Counted from the first letter of the stretch, positions 1 to 8,752 are shown. The stretch: 64,000 bases of DNA from a bacterium (GCA_018223105.1 JAAEYY010000006.1:72806-136805); one strand, 5' to 3'. The notes: a model not told the origin generated them from the letters alone. Translations and numbers: made by a program.

Positions 1-1
1 A

Positions 2-133
2 GCAAACTATATGGAAGTGCTTTTAACACAGCGAGATATGTTGGACGCAAGATTTGAGCTGGTAGAAACAAAGATGAAACAAATGAATGCTACCGTTAAT
101 GTTTATAGAGCACTAGGTGGCGGCTGGAAATAA
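2..133 (+). CDS. TolC-family outer membrane efflux protein, C-terminal fragment (5' part lies outside the window)
   Basis: Frame 2 translates to ...MEVLLTQRDMLDARFELVETKMKQMNATVNVYRALGGGWK*. The ...YRALGGGW C-terminus is typical of TolC/OprM-family proteins. Confidence 0.5.
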   Translation, partial: ANYMEVLLTQRDMLDARFELVETKMKQMNATVNVYRALGGGWK

Positions 134-223
134 TTGGTTTAGTGTAGGTAGGTGTTGATTGGACTAAGTTTAGTTCGCAATCAGTTTCATAGTCTTAGAC
201 ACCTATTTGGATCGATAAGCTAG

Positions 224-282
224 CGCGGGTAAAAGTGTAGGTTGCACGTATTAGTTCGATTTACTCGCGCTTAGCTTTTTTA
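224..282 (+). terminator. Long stem-loop (11-bp stem GCGCGGGTAAA/TTTACTCGCGC with a ~25-nt loop) followed by a T-rich run; possible terminator for the upstream TolC gene or a leader structure
   Basis: The inverted repeat 224-234 / 260-270 has one G-U wobble. TTAGCTTTTTTATT follows at 271-284. Confidence 0.3.
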
Positions 283-333
283 TTACGCTAATTGCAGATC
301 AAAAGATTGATTCGTATAATGCAGGTGTCTTAT

Positions 334-876
334 ATGGAATCGGTAAAAAGCCCCAATAAAAACCAAAAACCCATTATTGTCCAGAATAATTTCATGCTGC
401 CCTTGCACGCTGTAATTGGCGGAGTTATTTTTCTTGTTTTAGGAACCTATTATTTAATCACAGACCCCGGGCTATGGTGGTTCTACTCCATTGGAATTGT
501 ATTAGGATCGCTGGCCTTAACTGCTCGAACCGGTTTTGAATACGATATTAGGGGAGGGCGATTCAGAAATTTCAATAGCATATACTTCACTCGATTTGGC
601 AAGTGGTATTTTGTTCGGGATTACCCCGACATTGCCATCATCAGAAGGAGAGTGAGAGGCCGTTCGGGAAGAAATGCTTTTGCTACGGAAGTGATACAGT
701 ATTATCAGCTCACTCTGTTATCTGAAGATCACCGAAGAAAGATAGAAATGCTAAGAGTGCCGACAGAAAATGAAGCTCGAGAATTAATTGAGATTCTGGC
801 CGAAGATTTAGGCATGAATGCAACAGATTATAGCCCGGAAGTAAGCGAGGCTACCCGAAGAAGAAGGTATAGATAA
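334..876 (+). CDS. Hypothetical two-helix membrane protein, paralog A of a tandem pair (possibly bacterial PH-domain / YdbS-like)
   Basis: Two N-terminal hydrophobic helices are followed by a soluble domain (GFEYDIRGGRFRNF...GKWYFVRDYPDIAII) and a basic C-terminus SEATRRRRYR. The track places the start at TTG 292. ATG 334 aligns best with the paralog's N-terminus, and ATG 319 is also possible. Confidence 0.6.
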   Translation: MESVKSPNKNQKPIIVQNNFMLPLHAVIGGVIFLVLGTYYLITDPGLWWFYSIGIVLGSLALTARTGFEYDIRGGRFRNFNSIYFTRFGKWYFVRDYPDIAIIRRRVRGRSGRNAFATEVIQYYQLTLLSEDHRRKIEMLRVPTENEARELIEILAEDLGMNATDYSPEVSEATRRRRYR

Positions 877-1407
877 ATGGCGAAGTCCAATTTTAAAAAT
901 AGAACATTGTACTCTGATAATATTTTTGGATATTCCAGCAACCTTATGGGGCTTGGGATTATAGGATTTACCATATATGGCTATCTAAACTACAGTGATT
1001 TTAATACTTTTTTAGCGATTGGAGGGGTACTCTTTGGCCTGGCCTTTTTCTCTTTTCGATACGGAGTGGAGTACAATATTGCTGCTGGTCAGATACGACA
1101 TTTCACCATGTACTTTTATGTAAAAAGAGGGAAATGGCATTTTTTAAAAGACTTTACCGATATAGCTATTGTAAAGGATAGAGGCACAGGTCCGATCACA
1201 TCAAATCATGAGCGTTATGATTCTAGAAAAGAGCATTTAATAGTAATCCTTACAAAAAATCACTTAAGGAGAATTCCGGTTTCCAGCTTCTACTCCATGC
1301 CTCCTGCCAGAGCTAAAATGAGACAATTTGCAGAAGAATTGGGTTTAGAGATAACAGAGTATAAACCACAACTTAGTGAGGCAACAAAAGCTAAACGATA
1401 CAGATGA
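877..1407 (+). CDS. Hypothetical two-helix membrane protein, paralog B of a tandem pair
   Basis: Collinear with paralog A (GVEYNIAAGQIRHF...GKWHFLKDFTDIAIV; C-terminus SEATKAKRYR). Its ATG overlaps the stop of paralog A (TAAATG), which suggests translational coupling. Confidence 0.65.
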   Translation: MAKSNFKNRTLYSDNIFGYSSNLMGLGIIGFTIYGYLNYSDFNTFLAIGGVLFGLAFFSFRYGVEYNIAAGQIRHFTMYFYVKRGKWHFLKDFTDIAIVKDRGTGPITSNHERYDSRKEHLIVILTKNHLRRIPVSSFYSMPPARAKMRQFAEELGLEITEYKPQLSEATKAKRYR

Positions 1408-1474
1408 TCTAATTTTAGCGTCATTCCTCGATTATTTGTTCGAAATCAATTAAATCCTGCAATTTTTGCCCAAC

Positions 1475-1915
1475 ATGCGAGAACTACGAACTGAAATACA
1501 CATCAATGCCACTCCCGATGAAGTTTGGGAAGAGTTTAAAGACTTTGATTCCTACCACAGTTGGAATCCGTTCATTAAACAGATTAAAGGAGAGGTGGAA
1601 GAAGGGAAAAAGTTTGGAGTGGAGTTACAGCCACCCGGCGGACAAAAAATGGCCTTCAAACCAAAATGCCTTGAATTTAGACCGGGTAAATTGAGATGGT
1701 TGGGACATTTAGGTATGAAAGGGATTTTTGATGGAGAACACATCTTTGAATTAGAGAAACAGGAGTTTGGAACCTTATTCATTCAGCGAGAAAAATTTAA
1801 AGGGGTACTAATCCCGCTTGTATGGAAGCAACTCGATACTCAAACCAGGAAAGGATTTGAAGCCATGAACCTCGCTCTTAAAGAAAGAGTAGAAAATAAA
1901 ACAAAGGAAAGCTGA
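1475..1915 (+). CDS. SRPBCC (Bet v1 / polyketide-cyclase-like) family protein
   Basis: The N-terminus ...IHINATPDEVWEEFKDFDSYHSWNPFI is typical of the SRPBCC ligand-binding fold. The track starts at TTG 1466. ATG 1475 is taken as the start. Confidence 0.65.
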   Translation: MRELRTEIHINATPDEVWEEFKDFDSYHSWNPFIKQIKGEVEEGKKFGVELQPPGGQKMAFKPKCLEFRPGKLRWLGHLGMKGIFDGEHIFELEKQEFGTLFIQREKFKGVLIPLVWKQLDTQTRKGFEAMNLALKERVENKTKES

Positions 1916-1951
1916 TACCCAACATTTTATAGTTTCTGTTGTTCATACAAC

Positions 1952-2638
1952 ATGGGAAATTATCTAATTGTCGGTGGCTCTTCTGGTATTGGGTCATCCA
2001 TTTGTGAGAGCTTGGCTGAAGAGGGTCATAATGTCTATGCTACCTTCAACTCAAGGGAGAAAACATCAGATCGCATAAATTTTCAAAAATTCAATGTTCT
2101 TGAAGATGGAAAACTGGACTTACCGGAAACATTAGACGGCGTAGTATATTGTCCCGGTTCAATAAAACTCAAACCATTTCAGCGTTTGAAAAAAGAAGAT
2201 TTTCTGGAGGACTATCAACTTCAACACATCGGTGCAGTGAATGTAATTCAACAGGCGCTGCCTGCACTTAAGAAATCTGGTGAAGCTTCAGTAGTGGTGT
2301 TTTCAACGGTGGCCGTTAATAGAGGATTCAATTTTCACAGTTTAGTTGCGAGTTCTAAAGGCGCACTAGAAGGACTTACCAAATCCTTAGCGGCTGAGTT
2401 TGCACCCAAAATTAGATTTAATGCAATAGCACCATCGCTTACAGATACTCCTTTAGCTTCTTCTCTCTTAAGTTCAGATGATAAACGCGATGCAAACGCT
2501 AAAAGACATCCCATGAAACGTATCGGCACACCCCAAGATATGGCTTCTCTAGCCACATTTCTACTGGGAAAATCCTCTTCATGGATCACCGGTCAAGTTA
2601 TTCAGGTTGATGGCGGTATAACTTCAATAAACAGCTGA
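1952..2638 (+). CDS. SDR family oxidoreductase (short-chain dehydrogenase)
   Basis: It carries a Rossmann motif VGGSSGIGSSI, NVIQQA and the S...K catalytic region. Its 3' end overlaps the next gene by 1 nt (ATGA). Confidence 0.85.
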   Translation: MGNYLIVGGSSGIGSSICESLAEEGHNVYATFNSREKTSDRINFQKFNVLEDGKLDLPETLDGVVYCPGSIKLKPFQRLKKEDFLEDYQLQHIGAVNVIQQALPALKKSGEASVVVFSTVAVNRGFNFHSLVASSKGALEGLTKSLAAEFAPKIRFNAIAPSLTDTPLASSLLSSDDKRDANAKRHPMKRIGTPQDMASLATFLLGKSSSWITGQVIQVDGGITSINS

Positions 2639-3117
2639 TGGGAATCTACAAATTTGAAGCGGAGCAATTGCTCAATGCAGACTTGGATGAGCTATGGGAT
2701 TTTATCTCATCTCCGGCAAACCTTAAAAAGATTACACCTCCAAGTATGGGCTTCGACATAACGAGCGGAGATCTTCCCGAAAAAATGTATGAGGGCATGA
2801 TGATCAGCTATATTGTTAAACCCCTTGCGGGAATTCCAATGACTTGGCTTACCGAGATTACGCATGTTCAAGACCGGGAATTCTTTGTGGATGAGCAGCG
2901 TTCAGGGCCATATACAATTTGGCATCATGAGCACCATCTAATCCCAACAGAAAAGGGGGTCTTAATGAAAGATATCATCACCTATAAACCTCCCTTCGGG
3001 ATTTTGGGCAGTATCGCAAATGGTATTGTGGTCCGACCCAAGATTAAGCAAATATTTGAATATCGTAAAAAAGTCCTTGAGAAAGAATTCAATGGAAATT
3101 CTAACTTGCAAGGGTGA
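2638..3117 (+). CDS. SRPBCC family protein (second copy in the operon)
   Basis: It is about 159 aa with an SRPBCC-like pattern (LWDFISSPANLKKITPP...). It overlaps the downstream gene by 4 nt (GTGA). Confidence 0.65.
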   Translation: MGIYKFEAEQLLNADLDELWDFISSPANLKKITPPSMGFDITSGDLPEKMYEGMMISYIVKPLAGIPMTWLTEITHVQDREFFVDEQRSGPYTIWHHEHHLIPTEKGVLMKDIITYKPPFGILGSIANGIVVRPKIKQIFEYRKKVLEKEFNGNSNLQG

Positions 3118-4064
3118 GAACCGGTTTATCTATATTTCTTCTTTCTTTTCTATTAACAGCTTGTAACTCAGCGGACAATCAAGCAGAGACACATGAGTTT
3201 AAAGCAGGAGTTTCTGTAATAGTCCTTGGAAATGTGCAGGATGCAGGATCTCCACATATCGCTTGTGAGAAATCTTGTTGTACAGAACTCAGTGAAAAAG
3301 AAGCATTTAACAGACTAGTAAGTTGCTTGGGCTTGGTTGACTTCGAGCTTGAAGATAGCTATCTCTTTGATGCAAGCCCGGATCTAACACAACAATTGAA
3401 ACTTCTTCAGGATTTTTCAGATTTTGAAACTGAAATTCCCACAGGTGTATTTCTTACTCATGCCCATATTGGACATTATACAGGTTTGATGTATTTTGGG
3501 CGAGAAGCGGTTTCGGCAGATTCAGTGCCAGTGTACGTTATGCCGGGAATGCAGCAGTTCTTGGAATCCAACGGTCCCTGGGATCAACTAGTTAATTTAG
3601 GAAATATAAAACTAAAAGGATTAGATACAACTGGATTAACCCTCAATAAGAATATTAGAGTAACTCCTATTTGTGTGCCTCATCGTGATGAATATTCCGA
3701 AACAGTGGGTTTCTTAATTGATGGTCCTAATAAAACGCTATTATTTATTCCTGATATCGACAAATGGGATAAGTGGATTTATAAGATTGAAACCTTAATC
3801 GAGAATGTGGACTATGCCTTAATTGATGGAACCTTTTACGATAATGAAGAGCTCCCCAATAGAGACATGTCGGAAATTCCACATCCTTTTGTAATTGAAA
3901 GTATGGCTTTGTTTCAAGATTTACCAGCAGAGGAAAAGAACAAAGTGTGGTTCATACATTTTAACCATACCAATCCTTTATTAGATCAGAATTCTTCTGC
4001 TACCAAAGAAGTAGAAAAACTTGGGTTCAATGTGGCTCGCTTAGGCGATACTTTTCAACTTTAG
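3114..4064 (+). CDS. PqqB-like MBL-fold metallo-hydrolase carrying a lipoprotein signal peptide
   Basis: The signal peptide and lipobox are MRTGLSIFLLSFLLTAC. By eye it is collinear with PqqB across VLGN..AGSPH.ACE.SCC, DASPD, the THAHIGHYTG region and the KVWFIHFNHTNPLLDQNS C-terminal block. It has a GTG start. Confidence 0.7.
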   Translation: MRTGLSIFLLSFLLTACNSADNQAETHEFKAGVSVIVLGNVQDAGSPHIACEKSCCTELSEKEAFNRLVSCLGLVDFELEDSYLFDASPDLTQQLKLLQDFSDFETEIPTGVFLTHAHIGHYTGLMYFGREAVSADSVPVYVMPGMQQFLESNGPWDQLVNLGNIKLKGLDTTGLTLNKNIRVTPICVPHRDEYSETVGFLIDGPNKTLLFIPDIDKWDKWIYKIETLIENVDYALIDGTFYDNEELPNRDMSEIPHPFVIESMALFQDLPAEEKNKVWFIHFNHTNPLLDQNSSATKEVEKLGFNVARLGDTFQL

Positions 4065-4771
4065 TCAATAGGTGCAGGAGGTGAAGATCGAGTCAGACTA
4101 GGGTTGTAGAATAAGGCCAATTGACCATTATACTCATAGTCACTACTCACCTTTTGATGAAGAATACCGGCTTGTATACCAAGATTATTTCGGATTTGAT
4201 AACCCACTGCAGCATAAGCTCTGTTTTGATCAAAATAGTTGGCATCACCTTTAATGAAAATCTCATCATAAGCCGCCAAGTAAAAGCTGCCTTTGGAGAT
4301 TTTGGGATTATTCAGTGGAAAGGCAGTATAAAGGCGATATCTCAACCTGTTTTTGTAGTCCTTCTCAATCCAACGCTGTTCCGTTCTGTAACGATGTTCA
4401 AATGCAAACCGACCTACGTTTTGTCGAAGAATTAGTTGTTGCCAAATCCGGTGTTCCAGAACAGGAGTACCACTGAGTCTTGTATCTATATAAGCATAAC
4501 CGGCAGTGACCATAGCCTGCTCAGTTAAGTTGTAATTGAGTCCAACGCGAGTCAATAGCTGTTCATACTTGATTTCATCAAAAGAATTAACTCGATGCTG
4601 TATTTCATGGTGTATGCTGAAGTTCTGATTCAGCTTAAACTGACCAAAATACATCAGCCAGTATCCCGGTCGGTCATAGGCTTGAACAGAACCTGATGAA
4701 CCAATGATCATCAGGCCTGTTATACATAATTTAATAAGAGGATTCTTAATTAGCTCACTTAGTATCATCAA
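4061..4771 (-). CDS. DUF2490-like secreted or outer-membrane protein
   Basis: It has an N-terminal signal peptide and Tyr/Arg/Asn-rich beta-strand-like content (GYAYID, AAVGYQIRNNLGIQAG). It sits immediately downstream of sulP and overlaps it by 17 nt. Confidence 0.5.
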   Translation of the reverse strand: MMILSELIKNPLIKLCITGLMIIGSSGSVQAYDRPGYWLMYFGQFKLNQNFSIHHEIQHRVNSFDEIKYEQLLTRVGLNYNLTEQAMVTAGYAYIDTRLSGTPVLEHRIWQQLILRQNVGRFAFEHRYRTEQRWIEKDYKNRLRYRLYTAFPLNNPKISKGSFYLAAYDEIFIKGDANYFDQNRAYAAVGYQIRNNLGIQAGILHQKVSSDYEYNGQLALFYNPSLTRSSPPAPID

Positions 4772-6353
4772 TCATTCTATTAAACCTTTCCACCGGATTA
4801 GCATCTTTATTTGCAATCGATAAACCTCTCACCTCGAAAATGATATTTTTAGACTTGGCATTCTCAGCAAAGTTTTCAAGAATCTCGGTAACATCGGGAT
4901 GTATACTTACAGTTTTAGAACCATCAACTATTACCGTACTATCCTCCGGCATAAGCTGCAATGTTCTTTGGAGTCTCGCTTTATTTAAGAAGCTCACTTC
5001 TTGTGCAAGTTGTATGGTTATAGGTTCACCTTTTTTATGGTCATCGAGGCTCACTCTATAAGGATTCATATAGTTTTTCCATAGAATGAATATGATAGCT
5101 ACGGCCATACCCATTCCAATGCCCCATAATAAATCACTGAATACAATAACCACTATAGTTACAATGAAAGGTAAAAACTGTTCCCAACCCGCTTTGTACA
5201 TTAATTTAAATAAACTGGGCTTCGCGAGCTTATAGCCTACTATAAATAGAATTGCTGCTAAACTTGCCAAGGGGATAAGGTTTAAGATTTCAGGTATAAA
5301 TGCGGCTGTAACTAATAATAATATCCCGTGTATAAATGCTGATGCTTTGGTCTTTCCACCTGATTGAATATTAGCTGAACTTCTTACGATTACCTGGGTT
5401 ATAGGCAAGCCACCAATAAATCCACTTACGATATTACCAACTCCCTGCGCCATTAGTTCACGGTTGGTTGGAGTCACTCTTTTTTGAGGATCGAGTTTAT
5501 CTGTAGCTTCCACACAAAGCAGAGTTTCCAAACTTGCAACTAAAGCCATAGTCGCAGCGAGAATATAGATTTTAGGGTTGTCCCATGCACTAAAATCAGG
5601 AGTAGTAAATTGATCAATAAAACCATTGAAAGATTCTGCAACCGGAATATTTACTAGATGAGAAGGGTCTAATGTCTTTCCCGTAGACTGAAAATAAAGA
5701 TTAAGTCCTATACCGGAAAGTACAGCAACTAATGGACCTTGTATAATGTTAAAAATGGCTTTTTTCTTCATGAAAGGCCGTTCCCAAAGCAGTAAAATAC
5801 CAAGAGCCACCATGCTAATAATTGTGGCTTCCATATTGGTTTGATCCAACATGTTACCTATTTCTGTGAAGGTGTTCTCTCCGTCGCGCTGATGGAAATT
5901 GATATCACCTTCGTAGTCTTGGTCGTAACCAAATGCATGTGGTATCTGCTTTAGAAATATGATAATTCCTATGCCAGACAACATTCCTTTTATTACAGAG
6001 GAAGGAAAATAATATCCTATAACTCCTGCTTTAAGGATAGAGAATAGAATCTGGATGACTCCTGCAACTACCACAGCAAATAAAAATACCTCGAAAGTTG
6101 GCAAGTCTTGAATGGCACTGTAGACTATTGCGGCTAATCCCGCGGCCGGCCCCGAAACTCCCAAAGGAGATCCACTGAGCAAGGCTACAACAGTACCTCC
6201 AACAATACCGGCAATGATTCCGGAGAAAAGAGGTGCTCCGGATGCCAAAGCAATTCCTAAACAAAGTGGCATGGCCACAAGAAAGACTACAAGTGATGCC
6301 GGTGCATCAGACTTAATGTTGGAAAAGAATCCTTCTGATTTTTTTGGACTCAT
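4755..6353 (-). CDS. SulP family inorganic anion transporter (sulfate permease with C-terminal STAS domain)
   Basis: It has about 11 transmembrane segments, SulP signature regions (GPAAGLAAIV, VGNIVSGFIGGLPIT) and a C-terminal STAS-like domain. Confidence 0.9.
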   Translation of the reverse strand: MSPKKSEGFFSNIKSDAPASLVVFLVAMPLCLGIALASGAPLFSGIIAGIVGGTVVALLSGSPLGVSGPAAGLAAIVYSAIQDLPTFEVFLFAVVVAGVIQILFSILKAGVIGYYFPSSVIKGMLSGIGIIIFLKQIPHAFGYDQDYEGDINFHQRDGENTFTEIGNMLDQTNMEATIISMVALGILLLWERPFMKKKAIFNIIQGPLVAVLSGIGLNLYFQSTGKTLDPSHLVNIPVAESFNGFIDQFTTPDFSAWDNPKIYILAATMALVASLETLLCVEATDKLDPQKRVTPTNRELMAQGVGNIVSGFIGGLPITQVIVRSSANIQSGGKTKASAFIHGILLLVTAAFIPEILNLIPLASLAAILFIVGYKLAKPSLFKLMYKAGWEQFLPFIVTIVVIVFSDLLWGIGMGMAVAIIFILWKNYMNPYRVSLDDHKKGEPITIQLAQEVSFLNKARLQRTLQLMPEDSTVIVDGSKTVSIHPDVTEILENFAENAKSKNIIFEVRGLSIANKDANPVERFNRMIDDTK

Positions 6354-6431
6354 AAAATATTATTATGCTTTAAAATATAGACTAAGGTTTTGTGAAAAAT
6401 GCCAGGTATTGGCTGAAGTGATTTTGAAATA

Positions 6432-6773
6432 TTAGCAAGAAAATTCCGGTGGAGGAGTATAGATCTCCAAAAGTGGAGGCATTTCTGCTTTGAAACTTCG
6501 CTCTTTAATTAATGTCTTTTGTTCTGATTTTTCTTGAGATAAGCTGCGGTGCTCCGATAAAAAGATCTCAAAGTCTTCGTCTAGTTCTGATTCACTACTC
6601 TCAGTATCAGTCTCAACTTCTTCCGATAATTCCATAGAATTATCCCAAAGAAAATGCATGCTGTTGATTAGAATCGTAGGTACTGCAATCATTAGCAAAC
6701 CATAGATCAAAAGCACTTTGGCATTTGCTTTAAGTACTGTAGAAAATGATCCTTGAGAATGCTGCTTTGACAT
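6432..6773 (-). CDS. Hypothetical small membrane protein with an acidic Ser/Glu-rich segment
   Basis: The ORF has one predicted transmembrane helix (VLLIYGLLMIAVPTILI) followed by EEVETDTESSESELDEDFE. The start is uncertain: the track gives 6815 and an internal ATG lies at 6773. Confidence 0.3.
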   Translation of the reverse strand: MSKQHSQGSFSTVLKANAKVLLIYGLLMIAVPTILINSMHFLWDNSMELSEEVETDTESSESELDEDFEIFLSEHRSLSQEKSEQKTLIKERSFKAEMPPLLEIYTPPPEFSC

Positions 6774-6846
6774 ATAAATCCCAACAAAGGAAGCAGTAAC
6801 GGTAGTCAAATGCAAACTATTTAACGCTCAAAAATATTAGTGCAAT

Positions 6847-7242
6847 ATGTATTTTTACAAAATGAGATTTCTAACGCTTGCCCTGACATGCTTCTGGTTT
6901 AGTTGCTTTGCGCAGCAAGATTCATTATATAGTGATTATGATACGATGCCTCAGTATGAAGAAGGACTTCATGCACTTTATATATTCTTTTCTGAAAATA
7001 TTGCCTATCCTGAGGAAGCAGTTTCAGACAGCGTTGAAGGTACGGTTCGCTTATGTTTTAATATTGATACCAATGGCAATGTTGAGTTTAAGCAATTTGT
7101 TTCAGATCGCATCGGATCAGGTTTAGAGGAAGAGGCTCTAAGAGTTCTTATGTTAACAGACGGGCATTGGCTTCCTGCTACAAAAGATGGAAAAGCAGTT
7201 ATTGGTAGTCTTAGTCTTCCAATACGTTTTCAATTAGAGTAG
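6847..7242 (+). CDS. TonB C-terminal domain protein (energy-transducer TonB family, short form)
   Basis: It has a signal peptide, then AYPEEAVSDSVEGTVRLCFNIDTNGNV, which is the classic TonB_C motif. An alternative start is ATG 6862. Confidence 0.6.
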   Translation: MYFYKMRFLTLALTCFWFSCFAQQDSLYSDYDTMPQYEEGLHALYIFFSENIAYPEEAVSDSVEGTVRLCFNIDTNGNVEFKQFVSDRIGSGLEEEALRVLMLTDGHWLPATKDGKAVIGSLSLPIRFQLE

Positions 7243-7259
7243 GTAATTGTGATAACCTG

Positions 7260-7685
7260 CTATAATCCTAGCAGTTGCTCAGATTTTAGCTTATGATAAT
7301 GCAATGCCGCGTGAATACATTTTTTAATTAACGGTTTAGGAGGATCTTCATTTAACAGCATCACTACGGCCCTGTTTCCTTCATATCTCAGTTCATCACC
7401 AAAAACAGCTTTAAAACTCGATACAAGTTTACTTGAACAACTAAAATACAAAGCATACTGCTCAGGCGACTTCTCTTTCCAATCCATTCTTAAAGTACTA
7501 CCTATCTTGGTGATATAACTAGGCTCACCCCATTTTAAGGTTTCTTGTACTTCTGCTATTTGGTCGGACTCTTGAGCTACAAGTTCTATTAAATTTCGTA
7601 TTTCTTGAAGTTTGGTTTGTACCAGATCCGGATAGGATTTAATGATAGCTAAAGTAGCAGGGTTTGATTTAAGTTTAGAGCTCAT
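7260..7685 (-). CDS. DUF1801 (YdhG-like) domain protein
   Basis: It is about 141 aa. The pattern ETLKWGEPSY...MLLNEDPPKPLIKKCIHAAL resembles the DUF1801 family. Confidence 0.5.
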   Translation of the reverse strand: MSSKLKSNPATLAIIKSYPDLVQTKLQEIRNLIELVAQESDQIAEVQETLKWGEPSYITKIGSTLRMDWKEKSPEQYALYFSCSSKLVSSFKAVFGDELRYEGNRAVVMLLNEDPPKPLIKKCIHAALHYHKLKSEQLLGL

Positions 7686-7755
7686 TTTTCTTAACGATGC
7701 TCAAATTATATTAGAAACTCAATCAAATCAAGTATGAACACCAGAATCAGTATTT

Positions 7756-8643
7756 TTACTTTAAATGCTTCTCAGCATGATAGCTGGATCGAACCAATGG
7801 CCCACTTTCAATATAGTCGAATCCAAGATCTTCACCGATAGCTTTGTACTTCGCGAATTGATCCGGATGTACATATTCCGCCACCTTCAAATGACGACCC
7901 GTTGGTTGCATATATTGTCCTAATGTGATGATCTCAACCCCTACGTTTCTCAAATCTCGCATGGTTTCAATAACCTCTTCTTCAGTTTCTCCCATTCCGC
8001 ACATTAAACCGCTTTTCGTTTTCATGCCCTGAGACTTCAAGTATTCAAGCACAAATAAACTTCTGTCATACTTAGCCTGAACTCGAACTTCTTTAGTAAG
8101 TCTTCGTACAGTTTCAATATTATGAGAAACAATTTCCGGATGAACGGCAACAATGTTATCAATTTGGTCTGTTTTTCCTTGAAAATCGGGAATAAGAGTC
8201 TCCAAAGTAACGTCCGGATTAAACTCGCGAATAGCCTGTACTGTTTTTGCCCAGTGTCCTGATCCTCCATCCGGTAAGTCGTCTCTATCTACTGAGGTAA
8301 TTACAGCGTGTTTGATGCCCATCATGTTAATAGATTGCGCCACTTTAAATGGCTCTAAACTATCGAGAATATCGCCTTTTCCGGTTGCTACATTGCAAAA
8401 CTGACATGAACGGGTACAGGTATTACCCAAAATCATGAAAGTAGCAGTTCCTACTCCCCAACACTCCCCAATATTCGGACACTTTCCGCTTTCGCAAATC
8501 GTGTGTAATTTGTTTTCACGGACAAGTTTAAGCATGTCGCGGTATTTCCCGTCGCCCGGGATTTGAGTTTTCAACCAATCAGGTTTAACCCTCTTATTTT
8601 GCTTAATCTTTACTTCCGGTTTGTTCTCAATCTTGTTCGGCAT
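7756..8643 (-). CDS. lipA: Lipoyl synthase
   Basis: It has CxxxCxxC radical-SAM motifs (CTRSCQFC) and the lipoyl-synthase N-terminal cysteine cluster (CESGKCPNIGECW). Confidence 0.95.
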   Translation of the reverse strand: MPNKIENKPEVKIKQNKRVKPDWLKTQIPGDGKYRDMLKLVRENKLHTICESGKCPNIGECWGVGTATFMILGNTCTRSCQFCNVATGKGDILDSLEPFKVAQSINMMGIKHAVITSVDRDDLPDGGSGHWAKTVQAIREFNPDVTLETLIPDFQGKTDQIDNIVAVHPEIVSHNIETVRRLTKEVRVQAKYDRSLFVLEYLKSQGMKTKSGLMCGMGETEEEVIETMRDLRNVGVEIITLGQYMQPTGRHLKVAEYVHPDQFAKYKAIGEDLGFDYIESGPLVRSSYHAEKHLK

Positions 8644-8752
8644 AATTGCGTTGCAAATGTAATATTGCTATCCTGTAATTACATTTTAATACCATTTTTG
8701 TTTCTCTTTATACGATGAGCATTTCAACATCGTTAGATTTGTGCAATTCAGA

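Noticed and set aside
292-333. TTG 292 as start of paralog A
   Set aside because: ATG 334 gives an N-terminus collinear with paralog B (22 aa before the first transmembrane helix), and TTG 292 would start inside the T-run of the upstream hairpin. TTG 292 or ATG 319 cannot be excluded.
1506-1782. Overlapping ORFs 1506-1694 + and 1552-1782 - within the SRPBCC gene
   Set aside because: They are embedded in or antisense to a coding region with a clear SRPBCC signature.
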